From Neoechinorhynchus agilis (lineage: Eukaryota; Animalia; Acanthocephala): a stretch of 64,000 bases of DNA. The stretch spans positions 14,424,784-14,488,783 of the forward strand of contig CM121341.1 in assembly GCA_051530055.1 (NCBI GenBank). Direction: 5' to 3'. The position numbers and the translations under genes were made by a program. The notes under the pieces were generated by a model, which made no database searches, had not been told where the DNA came from, and worked only from the letters and a program-made list of their open reading frames with translations. This document shows, piece by piece, positions 53,316-64,000 of this stretch (position 1 is the stretch's first letter; each line of letters starts with the position of its first letter).

Positions 53316-54146
53316 ATGCCTTTCTCAGGAGCGGAATTCTTGCCCACGCAAAGCATCCAGAATGTCTTAGGCGTCAATAATGGGCGACCCAATTCCGTCC
53401 CGCCTACCATCGAACTTGGAAGTGTACCTGGTACAGAAAATGGAGCCTATAAATCCATTCACTGCCAGCAGGAACGAGATGGATCCATATGCCCTTCTTC
53501 ATGTTATACTGGTCTACAAAACTCACCAATGCCGGACCCAGTGGCGAACAATGCAGCGTTGCAAAGTCTTTCAAGATCCTATATGCCTATTGCCACTGCA
53601 AACGCTACTCAATTACCAATTAGAGTAAATACTATCGATATGCAACGGCATTCAACACCGGCGGCTGTGATATCTCCAGCTCCGATCCCACAACGGATAC
53701 ATTTCGTGCCTGCACCAACAACGATTGTAGCAACTTCCCAGCCAGTTTCACAAGTACAACAATATGGCATGACTAACATTCAAGCCTATAACCAACCACC
53801 TGATTCCGTAATGTCGACAATCAATAATCATTACGGGCCGATCGGCCAATTAATCTTTAATTTGGTCCAGGAATGAATCGTAGAACAGATTAAAGAATTA
53901 GGAGATACTTCTACTAAAGCCCTTTGCAAATCCTGCAATCAATGGGTAATGACAGTTATAAAGAGGGAAGTGGGCTCAGCTAACTTTATTGCAGCCGCTT
54001 TAGCATGCCTTTGTCTGCCGTGCACTTGGCTGGGATGCCAGTGTATTCCCTTCTTTATTGAAGATTGGAAGGATGCTGTTCATTACTGTGGCAGCTGTGG
54101 TCGAAAAATCGGTTCTTATAACTCCTTCGCTGAACCGAACACTTAA
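53316..54146 (+). CDS. LITAF-domain protein
   Basis: Pro/Gln-rich N-terminus, then LGDTSTKALCKSC...hydrophobic stretch...CIPFFIEDWKDAVHYCGSCGRKIG. A phase-0 intron ending at ~53889 (e.g. from GTAATG ~53808) removes the TGA at 53874. Confidence 0.9.
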
Positions 54147-54370
54147 ATAATGTTGTGTGATTATTAAAGTTTTCTTTTCGCGTTTTATCAATCCCAAAAC
54201 TGTCTACATGGTTCTGATTCTAAGCATCTCATGAATGTATTCAATGCAGTACGTGCGGTTGAGGGTATTGTCCAAGCTTTACAATTAAACAGGAAACATA
54301 CAGCCTACTCTTTTTTCAAAATAATCACGACCGTTAACGCCACTTCAATTCGCAAAAAACTTACTAGTAT

Positions 54371-54790
54371 TTAATTACTACTTTTATGAAATTTTAGGTG
54401 ATTCTTACTCTCTGTAAAAATTTTGATGATATGTGAAACACTTGGAAAATATAATGATACAACGAGATGGGCTTTAATTTTATTATTAGTTCCGAGAATC
54501 TCTACTTTATCCTGCACCGTCAGTTCACTTGTGAGTTTTGCAATATGTAAGCTCACAGTACGATGCATCGCGTCTCCTTTTGGACTATTTTCATTTTTGT
54601 CAAAACGTTTAAACCATCGCCACCGTCCACGAAGAGACACCGCTCTCTCCTCGGTGGTCGCGACCTTACTCGCTGCGTTTCCTCTTTGGATCGCGAGACC
54701 AATGTTTTAGCGTAGGAAGGCACCAGTTCTTGTATTTCCTGTCTTGGCCTGGAGTCTACTCGATACAAAAACGTGAGACCTACTTAATTC
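54371..54790 (-). mobile_element. Penelope-like GIY-YIG endonuclease relic
   Basis: Across frames: RGESG.SSW (GES motif), DAMHR.VSLH, KVEILGT...AHLVVSLYF. Confidence 0.4.
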
Positions 54791-54791
54791 A

Positions 54792-55185
54792 TTATATTTC
54801 GCCACCTTTCGGTCCTCCGCCCGCGAATGTGTCTATACACGTGGCTGTCCAGAGAGGACATTGGCCTTCTCGCCACGGGAATACGGTGACACCATCTGGA
54901 CGAGGACCATCCAGCCTGCACAGGTTGCTTGGCTCTAAAATGGTTGGGACAGTCACCGTATTTAAGGCACGCGAAATTACGTCGTTCAATTCAGAATGCC
55001 GTGAGAAACGATCCCCTGATTTGTTGCAAACAAGATCATGTCTTCCCAGTGGATCCACGATCATTCCACACCGGCAACGATGCTCGACACAAATCGGTAG
55101 ACCTAATCTGACGGACACTGCGATCCGAACTGCTTCGTCTACGAGGAGTGTTCCCACGGATGCAATGGGTTTATCTATGGAACCT
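54792..55185 (-). mobile_element. CRE-clade fragment H (closer to copy at 1532-2404)
   Basis: GTLLVDEAVRIAVSVRLG..ICVEHRCRCG...RHSELND...LEPSNLCRLDGPRPDGVTVFPWREG. Confidence 0.87.
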
Positions 55186-55249
55186 TAAAATCCAGTAAAT
55201 CTTAGCCAAAAAGTCTACATATTTTTAGCAGCAGTAATCAAGAAATTTA

Positions 55250-55520
55250 AAATTGCGGAGTATGGAAAGGGAGCGGAGGTAGAGGGAAGTGCGAGGTAAA
55301 GGAAGATGAAAGGAATTCGGATTGCGAGTGTTGTGCTCATGTGAAAAGGAGAATAAAATGTGGTAGAAATTGTGGTGGTGGGGTTGATAGGCGTTTTGAT
55401 TGTTTTATGAAAATAGTATCAAGGCATTCGATGAGAGGGGGAAAGTCAGCTGTGCAAATTTTAGATGCTCTTTTATGAAACATTTCAAGACGACGGAATT
55501 GAAACTGGGTAGGTTATAAA
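55250..55520 (-). mobile_element. LINE 3' fragment homologous to 8330-8600
   Basis: Reverse-complement similarity to 8460-8600. Confidence 0.65.
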
Positions 55521-55701
55521 AGACGGGATAACCGCAAGTGAGGGAGGGCAAAATAAAGCTGTAGTAAAATTTTGAGAGATCGGTCGAAGGGATTTCTAAA
55601 TGGCGGAGGCGTCACAGTTATTAAGCCACAGGAACAACGCAAAATTACAAAATATGTGAATTTATTCTTCCTTTTTCTGTTTTTACAAAGCTCAGTTGAA
55701 T

Positions 55702-56893
55702 TCACTGCAATTCTGTGTCATTATTTGCATTGTTTGAGGAATTATAAATTGTTGTTTGATTTCCTTCTGTAATAACGTAATTTCCGTACGAATCACTCGC
55801 AGTTTGAAAACCTCCATGTGGGTTCGGCATTTCGTACTCGACCGGTAAAACTGTACTATAATTATTCTGATCATATCTAGCCACCTTGGCATTGCTAATT
55901 GTATAGAAATCAGTTGGTCGCTTTCTATTTTGTTCTACTTTCCCACTTTCGGCCTGCATTGGGTAGGTAGAGATGGGGCCATATCCGTCCGTTGTGCTTG
56001 CATATTGATAAAATGGTTGGTTGAAGTATTGTTGGTGATTGTACATTTCATATTCACTGGAATGGTGCCAAGATTGATCCACTGTATTATAAATATGTTC
56101 TTGATTATAATTAATTACTCCTGGATTGTGTTGTGGAATAAATGCTGACGAAGATTGTGTCTGATGTCCGTTTAATACTCCATTTGTCGCTGGATTAAAC
56201 TTACGCCGTTTTGCCCTTCGATTGCTGAACCAAATCTGGATACGTGTTTCAGATAAACCCAATTGCTCTGCTAATCTTTGTCTTTCACTGGAATCAGGAT
56301 AAATCTCATATTGAAACGCGGTTTCTAACACGTTTATCTGAGATTCAGTGAATGTTGTGCGGATTCTTCTTTTTGAACCATTCTTTGGCTCTTGTAGGGA
56401 ACAATCTAAATTGATTTTGTTTGATAAATAGTAAACCGAAAGCCGTACATACCACTTCTATGCCCATTCGAAGATTCTTTGATTAAACGCGCAATAGAAG
56501 CTGAACTCGGAACCTCTTTTGGGCCTATTTGTTCATTTTGCAACAGAGCCAACCTGATTGAAGGGGGGGACATTTCAGGATTTGTCTGAATAAAATTCTT
56601 AATGATTTCTCTTCGGTCATCGGTGAGGAATGCCTTTGCACTACTGTTGACAGAGCCAGGTTCAATACTACCCGTTGTTTTGTACCTAGTATATTTATTA
56701 AAAACTATTAGTTGAATATAAAATTACTTTTGTAAAATTTTGCTAACGCAACCATGGCTAACTTTTAGCTGCCTGCTTATGTCGCACGGTTTAACTCCTT
56801 GTAGGGCAAAATTGACAATACTGCGTCGCATCTCGATCGGTAGAGGCCTTCCATTTACATACCGTCCCCCAAGTTGATTTACTTTACGTTGTC
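55702..56893 (-). CDS. Pax transcription factor (paired domain + S50 homeodomain); first exon unresolved
   Basis: [19 protein letters not shown]...[21 protein letters not shown]|[10 protein letters not shown]...[12 protein letters not shown], then [11 protein letters not shown]...YPD...[15 protein letters not shown]. Two short GT-AG introns keep the frame. Confidence 0.95.
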
Positions 56894-58760
56894 CTAAAAT
56901 GTGAAAGGCAAATTTAAGCTTCAGCTCAGCGGGAATAATGAAAATAAAAAAATAGAGGCGGTTAGTGTAATCTTTGGAAGGCGTAATTTTTACGATATTG
57001 ATATCTAATTAGGCACTGATAACATCAATCAACTTCTTGTTTTTTACCGGTGCCATTAATTCTATTCGTCAAAAGGTGTTAAAAGGAATATGTGAGAACT
57101 TTATGCTTCTTGAATTCTAAAATTGACATATGCTTTAATAGTAATGAAAAAATATTTGAATTTTGATATTTGTTTTTAAGCATTGAAGTGAACATCTCTT
57201 ACTCGGCTGATTATTTTCCTTGGGCATACACTTCAACATTGAAAAAATGTAACTGGCTAGCCTGATATTGAATAAAAATATTAGATTTTTTTGTTTAAGA
57301 TAACCTTAGAAAATCTTTAAAGCTAATTGACGAAAAAATTAATTTTCAATTACGTACCGTAATTCATTCCAGGTCAAATTACTGATCAAATTTTAATCGA
57401 TAATTTGTACGGGGTATCTATAAAGTTATGAGTTTAGTGTGACGGAAAAATAAAAAATTCAAGGGTGGTTCCTCACTCACAAATGCGTTGCTCAACTTGA
57501 TAAGTATCGCCATCTTAGAGTTTTGACGCAATCTAGGTGTTCTCATGTGCACACTCACAAAGAAAAGCAGAATGTCATGCAAAAGTTGACACATTCAAAG
57601 TCACTGCCATCGCTCGTGCTGCTCGGATAATGATGTTAGAAGGGCAGTAGAAGTCTTTAGAGTAGATGCTTGGATGCTTGATTTACGCTTTGCAATTGTA
57701 GCCAATCAGAATTCAGGTGGTATTTACTGCCTCGAAGAACAAATATGCCGAATTCGGTAGCAACTAGAAAATATAGCTGTCGCATTTAATGCGTTTCGCA
57801 TTAATAAAAAATCCTTAACAGAAAATTTGTTAGGTCGCTTAAAAATGACGAAACTGTAATATGGCATTGAAATGTTTGAATTAAACAGCGCACCTTGTTT
57901 GTTCTAGGCTCTTAACATAATTACGATTCTCATTAGCATTTAACTGGTATATATAAAGAATTTTTATATTGTTAACTATTAAAAACATATGATAAAATAT
58001 TAGTTTCGGTGTCATGTATTGCTATTAAAAATCAACCGAACTCGATGTAATATATAGAATCCGGGCAATTTATTGTTATTGCCTGTTACCTGATAATCAT
58101 CAATGTGTGAGTATAAGCATACGTTAGTTTAAATCCGATCCTTAATCCACATTTATCATTGTCATCTTCGAAATTTTGAAACGCCTTCAGCACAAACAAG
58201 ACGTCGAAATTAATCCCTTGACACCTACTTGTTGATTGCATTAATCCCATTTATTGTATTAATTTCATACCGGCACCTACTACGTTGATTGCCATGAAAA
58301 GCGTTTTTTATCAATAAATCTTTGAAGTCGCATTATCCATTTAGCAAATATTAGAAATAGTAAAAAATTAAACGTTATCGTTGTATGGTCGCAGAAAAAT
58401 GTGATTTGCGCAGGTTACATGATATAGATTTTCTCTACTAAATTCTTAAAACCTAATCGATTCATTGTGCTTAATAGCGACACATTAACGTTAAATTACT
58501 TGTTTAAGCTATTTAATAGATTTGTATTTGGTATTTTCTGAACATATAAATCTTTGATGACATTTTTTTCTATTTTGCAATTTAGAAAGAATTACCATTC
58601 GTTTTCTAGAGCACCGCCCAGAATTGTTATTATTTATATAAATGTGCAAACACAAAGGTGGATATTAGAATATTAAATAGAGGTAGCAGAATCTCTCGAT
58701 GTGAGAGCGTCTAAAAATTTTTCAATACTTAATGTTTTTCAGCAAAATCATATGAAATAA

Positions 58761-59019
58761 TTCCAGATTTATTATCGAACGGAAAATGGGTGTTTTATTT
58801 ATTTCTTGCTTCAAATTTTCGACGCCTTGCGTCTTCGTCAGGAAGCTTTTCTTCGGTTATCTGAAAAGGAATCAGAGGAGTGCCAATCAGAGGAGTGCTC
58901 TCCTCTGATTCCTTTTTAGATAACCGAAGAAAAGCTTCCTGACAAAGACGCGAGGCGTCGAAAATTTGAAGCAAGAAATATATAAAACACCCATTTTCCG
59001 CTCGATAATAAATCTGGAA
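58761..59019. repeat. 259-bp near-perfect palindrome (120-bp arms)
   Basis: 58761-58880 versus 58900-59019 shows 5 mismatches. The spacer holds a tandem duplicate of AATCAGAGGAGTGC. Confidence 0.97.
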
Positions 59020-59949
59020 TAAAACATGAGGGTGTTGGGAAAAGAGGCTTTCCATAATTTTTTCATATGAAATAAATAAGGATTTAGCGTGACCATGAGA
59101 CAAATTTATTTCATTTTTCGTGGGTCTAGTGCGTATCCGCAAGCCTTAAATTTTTTCTAATAATACCAAATTCGATTTAAAAATGCAGATAACATGACAT
59201 AGTTTCGTTGTTTCCATTGAATTCGATAAAAATTATAATGTTATCTGGCATTATCGATGGATTCAGTTTGCAAATATTTGAAATATATTTAATGTTTCAA
59301 CTACAATAATTTTTCGATTATATCGTAAAAACTTGCGATTACTCGAATGCTTTTTGAATTTAGAATTATTATCGCTAAAGTCAACGAACTGTATTGATCA
59401 TCACATGATAACAAATGCAGCCTTTAAAGTATAACGAAAATTAAAAATCCATTTTGTTTACCTATATTGATCATTTTAAGCAACAGAGCGTTCTTTTAAT
59501 AGTTACTTGTTATCTTTCTTTATCATAGAACGATGCTCACACATTACCAACCCACAAATTTTTCTGTGATTTTTAATGTCCATTTGTAATTAAATCGCCA
59601 TTTTAAAACAGAGAAATGGTCCATTTTGTTCTTAAATGTTTGTAACAGCGGCAGCATTGGTGCCAACAATCTATCGCAAAAATTTCAATTTTCATCATTA
59701 ACAGCTTGGAACTGAACGTAATAAATTGTGGTCGTATGTTCACCAAAATTTTGAGCAATTTAGAGAATTAATTAAATATTTTACTTTGTAATCTTTTATT
59801 CACGTCGACATGATTCGTTTAAATACGATAGCCGGTGATTTATGAATTTTCCTACTTTTGACGAATATTTGAATTATCGATAAAAAATCCTTCGGGTTAG
59901 TCAAAGTATCATTTTGGTGATAATAATCCCGGTAATAGCACATTTGATT

Positions 59950-59992
59950 TATTAGAAATATTTCGCGAGGTGATCTAGCCTCATCAGTCATC
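59950..59992 (-). ncRNA. Minimal type I hammerhead ribozyme, core intact, stem I decayed
   Basis: The minus strand reads CUGAUGA-G-GC uagaucaccuc GC-GAAA-UAUU-UC, ~280 nt 3' of the PLE ORF on the same strand. Confidence 0.5.
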
Positions 59993-61200
59993 TAAAAATT
60001 AGATGTTTTTCTTATCCAGGTTTTGAGCTCATGTGCGTGGGATCACCAAACCCGAAGTTCGCGGACCAATTATCCGCTCCGTTTTTTCCATGATTTTAGT
60101 ATTGATTTTTAACATGTCGCTGGCTGGAGGTTTCAAGCTAAAATTAGCTTTATTTCCTTCCACTGTGTTAGACACAGCGATGTGCAAGGCCGGCTGATAG
60201 CCATATCGTGCAGCTATTTGTGTGTACGTGGTGTGGAGTGAGGGTGCGGTCCATAAAAATAATAAAAACGGTTATGAAGCATCTAACAGACGCCTTTTCA
60301 AGTTTTTCTCTATTTCAATGAAGTTGGTGCCATCAAAATCCGCTCGATGCTTGCATGTCTCTTGATAATCCGAAATTGGCGACGAATGCTCAAATCGACT
60401 GCTGGGTTGCTTGTGTTGAGCGACTCTCTTCTCGATGACTTGCATCGTTTGTCCGATGTAGACTTTCTCACACTGTTCACAATGAATTATATATATCCCA
60501 TGAGTCGGCTCAATTTTACCCTTTTTCTTGAATGTGCTTCTGAGAGCGATTCCTTTAGTATTGTATGGACGAATTCCAGCCTTATTACTCATAATGGAGT
60601 AAATTATTTGATTCGTGTCATCATCAACGAAGAGCACTTTTTCGAAGCACGCAGGCTCTGGAGACGATTTGTTGTTGTTGTTGTTGTGCGGATGATAGTT
60701 ACTGCCTCTGATCCCACGGTTTATAATCCCTTTGGGATATCCCTTCATTTTCAGCTCATGTACTATCCTCTCCCTTTCCCTACTCCATGCAAATCGAGTA
60801 GAGGAAATACGAAAAGCTCTTCGGAAATAGGACATGACAGCCGAGATTTTATACCTCATCGGTTGGGCACTTGACCAGTGTGGTGGTCCATATGGTAGAT
60901 TCTCCTTACGATAAAGTGGCGTGCTAACTTTGCCTTGTGCAGACCGCTTAACCAGGACGTCCAGGAAAGAGACCTCACCGTTGATGTTCTCTTCTTTGAC
61001 TGACCACTGCATTTGTGGATCTTGACTGTTCAGTTCAGCAATTAGCAAATCTTTGTTGTTGCTTGAATACATCGTCCACATAACGCCACCACCGAATTGC
61101 ATGACTATGCAGCACCAAGAAAGTGGATTCCCAATCGCCAATGTAGATGTCGGCCAAGGTCCGGTGCTAATGGCGATGCCATGGCTACACCATCTTTTTG
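59950..61200 (-). mobile_element. Penelope-like element (RT fragment + GIY-YIG), internally deleted
   Basis: ORF 60272-61141: AIGNPLS, EVSFLDVLV, LYRK, HWSSAQP, GIYIIHCEQCEKVYIGQT...RVAQHK. The YVDD motif is lost. Confidence 0.88.
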
Positions 61201-62006
61201 ATCATTTGCGTTGTTTTGATGTCCATTGCCTTCCATTTTATGATTGCGACAAAAAGTCAACAAAATATTTGAAAATGAAACCATTCAATCATTAAAAATC
61301 TGTGCGGTTCTCAGTAGGCGCAAATTCGCTTGCTTCAGACTGAGATGCATTGTTGTATTATGCGTTACGTTGCTATCAAGGAAGTTTCTAATATTAAAAA
61401 CGTGTAATGGTGAAAACTTTCTTTTTACCATAATAAATGGATGCTTTGCGCAGTGGCGGTACCGTAGCTGATGAGGGCAAACCGAGGCGCGGTTATTGCT
61501 AATTGAAAACTTTAACCAATACCCCGCACTTTGGCGTGAAATACCGTCCTGAGTTGCAATTTTTGGACACCCCCGTGGGGTTTTATGAAACAAAAGAAAA
61601 ATTAATTATTAATACAAGTTTCTTTTAAGGAAACATTTTTTTTTGCTCATGATCTTTTATACTTCCAATTCAGATGATCAACGCCCCCATTCATCGGCGC
61701 TGGCCAAAATGCTATGCTTATTTTTGCGCCAAGAACGAAGTCGATCTTGGCTCAATTGATTACTCCCAGTTGAGCACTCATCCAGAAATAGTTTTTTATT
61801 TTAGACGTTTCGACATCAAAATTTCCTGTCCGTCGTTTGGCATAAATAACAATAATAATTGTCAACAATAAGAAAGTGAACATATAAGCAGCTCGGATCA
61901 CTTATCGTAGAAACGCGCGGGCTCTTTGAATCGAGACTGCAATTGTTTAACTTTCCAACTCATCTTTTCATTCATGATCAAAATTACCACCGAGAATATC
62001 AAATGA

Positions 62007-62432
62007 GCGGGAGCGCTCGGCCCCGATAAAAAAGCCTTAATTGGCGAGAGCAACTTCGGGCAAATTCTCACATGCAAACGAACAGGAACCAACCGCAACC
62101 TTGCAGTTAAGATATTAAACAACGAAATGGATCATAAAGAACTACCTAACATCGCAGTTCCCCTTCAAATGTTCAAATACTATGATCATCAATGCACTAT
62201 TCTTGAGCATGTAAAAATGGATTGTTTGTTTTCCTTGGGGCAGCAAATGTTGATGGCATTAGAGAAACTCAAATATTTAAACAATGTTCATGGAGATATG
62301 AAATCAGGCAACGTTGTGTTCGTCAATTGTTCGACAAAGATGTGTTTGAATTTTCAAGCGACAGCGTTTCCGACGAAGATTTTTACACCAGACGGATTTT
62401 TTGAAGAATCTTCCAATGAAGATCAACATTAA
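62007..62432 (+). pseudogene. Truncated HIPK/DYRK-like kinase relic in one open frame
   Basis: LIGESNFGQILTCKRTGTNRNLAVKILNN...FKYYDHQCTILEHV...QQMLMALEKLKYLNNVHGDMKSGNVVFVN. AlphaC, DFG and the whole C-lobe are missing. Confidence 0.6.
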
Positions 62433-64000
62433 GTTTGTCTTGAATCAACATTGCTGTTTGCTTAAATTTTTAAAACTTGTAAAAGTTCCAGTAATTTTTT
62501 TATTACTACAAAAGTCACATACAAACATTTAACACTTAATTAATAATCACCATTGGTTATTCTACAAATGATACTTTACGCCTTGTAGTTAGCTCATCAA
62601 GGCAAAATGGTAAGACTGCGCGTCCAATTGATCTAAAATCCCTTAGTCTATCCCTCCTGCCATTCTGCACAAATAGATTTGAATTGAGTATTACCATAAT
62701 TTTTACAATGTTTTTGTAATTGAGTCGTCCAAATAAAACAGCCTCTACTCGATAACTTTCTCGTGAATACATTGAATTAATCCTGTGCCGAAGTGTATGA
62801 AAATTGAATTAATCGTACTCCGCTTAAAAAAATCTATTACTATCCATCAAAATAAAGATAGTCCATATTATTGAAATTCTTTGCTGATAGCATTCTCTGA
62901 ATGATGCAGCCTACATTTACATACTTACAGAAGCTATAACGGGGATTAAAAAATCATATTTTTGTTGGCTCCCAAAAACTACGATTAGTTAAACTAGAAT
63001 CAAGGGCAATTTTGTGCAGCTAACAAACTTTAATTGAATAAAAGGAACCTACATATTAGGAAATGTATTCATCGAAATCTCAAATATTAACCGAGAAGTA
63101 CATTATGATTTGCAAACCTTAACACTTTTATAACGTACTTTAAGTCGTCATTGACTTTTATGGATTCCAATTTAATATTGCTTTTTTGGGCATTAAAGAG
63201 CTGCGTTCTTAAAACCATCATGCCTATTTTTAAATTGAACATCTGCTTGTAAAAGCAAAGATATTATTGAAAAAAGCCGCTGTAACGACTAACAATTGAC
63301 TTATAAATTCAAAACAACATTATTTCTTATTTAGATTTGTAACCCAGCTTAAAAACCCAATATATGAATGGTTCCGTGGTATTGAAGGGCAAATAATGAA
63401 GTGCATATACGAGGAGTTTTTCATTTATGGCAAAGGAACAATCTCCTGAAAATATTGCAAGTCCAAGGACATTTCAGATGCTCTCGAGGCATTAAACGTT
63501 GGGAAGCCCATATTGGGAATCTTATTGTTGATCCCTGAAAATTAATCAGGCTAAAAATCTCGCGAATGGCCTCCAATCCACGAGAAAAACTTTTTTGCCC
63601 ATGTTAAAGCAACAGGAAATGTTTCGGAGATAGGGGAAATCCTGCTTGGCAGTGCTTTTAAGCAAACGCACCTCGTGTATTCTGTCATTTGCTTGAGTGT
63701 TGGTGCAGTTTTAGCGGGTGATGCAGAGCACATCGGTTTGATGTGAGCGCCACGCAAGTATACACCTATACTCATTTTTGCATTCTGAAGAATAATAAAC
63801 CTTACAGTTTCATCTCTGACAAATAGTCATGTTAAAGTCATACCCGGAGTTCCGAAAGAGTAACCTAGTAAGATGTTATTCCTCTGCCCGAGCCACAGAT
63901 GGATTCCGCGATATTAAGAATCTCAGAGCACAAAATGCCTTATGGTTTTGGGAGTTAGTACGAGCAAAATATTTAATTTGTTGGAACCCATATTCGTAGG

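Noticed and set aside
53860-53895. In-frame TGA in the LITAF gene as selenocysteine or readthrough
   Set aside because: A phase-0 GT-AG intron ending at ~53889 removes it, and the position is not a Cys of the domain.
61462-61495. CTGATGAG-GGCAAACC-GAGG hammerhead-like string
   Set aside because: It has GAGG instead of GAAA, no UH triplet with stems I/III, and lies antisense to the neighbouring PLE.
63360-63780. Short ORFs and possible transposase fragments at the window end
   Set aside because: Only isolated motif-like words; no family can be supported.

Overview
This is eukaryotic (animal) nuclear DNA from a compact, AT-rich, fast-evolving genome, with spliceosomal introns mostly 40-60 nt long. 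I cannot name the species. Host genes read from the sequence are: perilipin-like, SDHB, NOC3L, cytochrome b561 (two apparent lesions), a small secreted Cys peptide, a very divergent intronless TBP/TRF2-like factor, NR2C2AP-like, adenylate cyclase 9-like, an atypical DUSP, an intronless LicD/FKRP-like protein, a LITAF-domain protein and a paired+homeodomain Pax gene. Two kinase relics and a few orphan exons are also present. The intergenic space is full of decayed mobile DNA: eight CRE-clade (RLE) non-LTR fragments, four Penelope-like relics, two RTE-clade LINEs (one full length with a 9-bp TSD), several L2/CR1-group LINE fragments, probable piggyBac and EnSpm relics, foldback palindromes and a ~330-bp (AAT)n tract. 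The most notable observations are four. (1) SDHB has substitutions at normally invariant quinone-site and LYR-motif residues. (2) The TBP-family protein has a rewritten DNA-binding surface. (3) Motifs of three self-cleaving ribozyme classes (HDV-like, twister, hammerhead) sit at retroelement ends, including a near-intact hammerhead caged in an inverted repeat. (4) A splice acceptor lies directly in front of the ATG in five genes, suggesting trans-splicing or systematic 5'UTR introns. No CRISPR array, rRNA or tRNA was seen. All splice models, folds and family calls are by eye and need computational confirmation.
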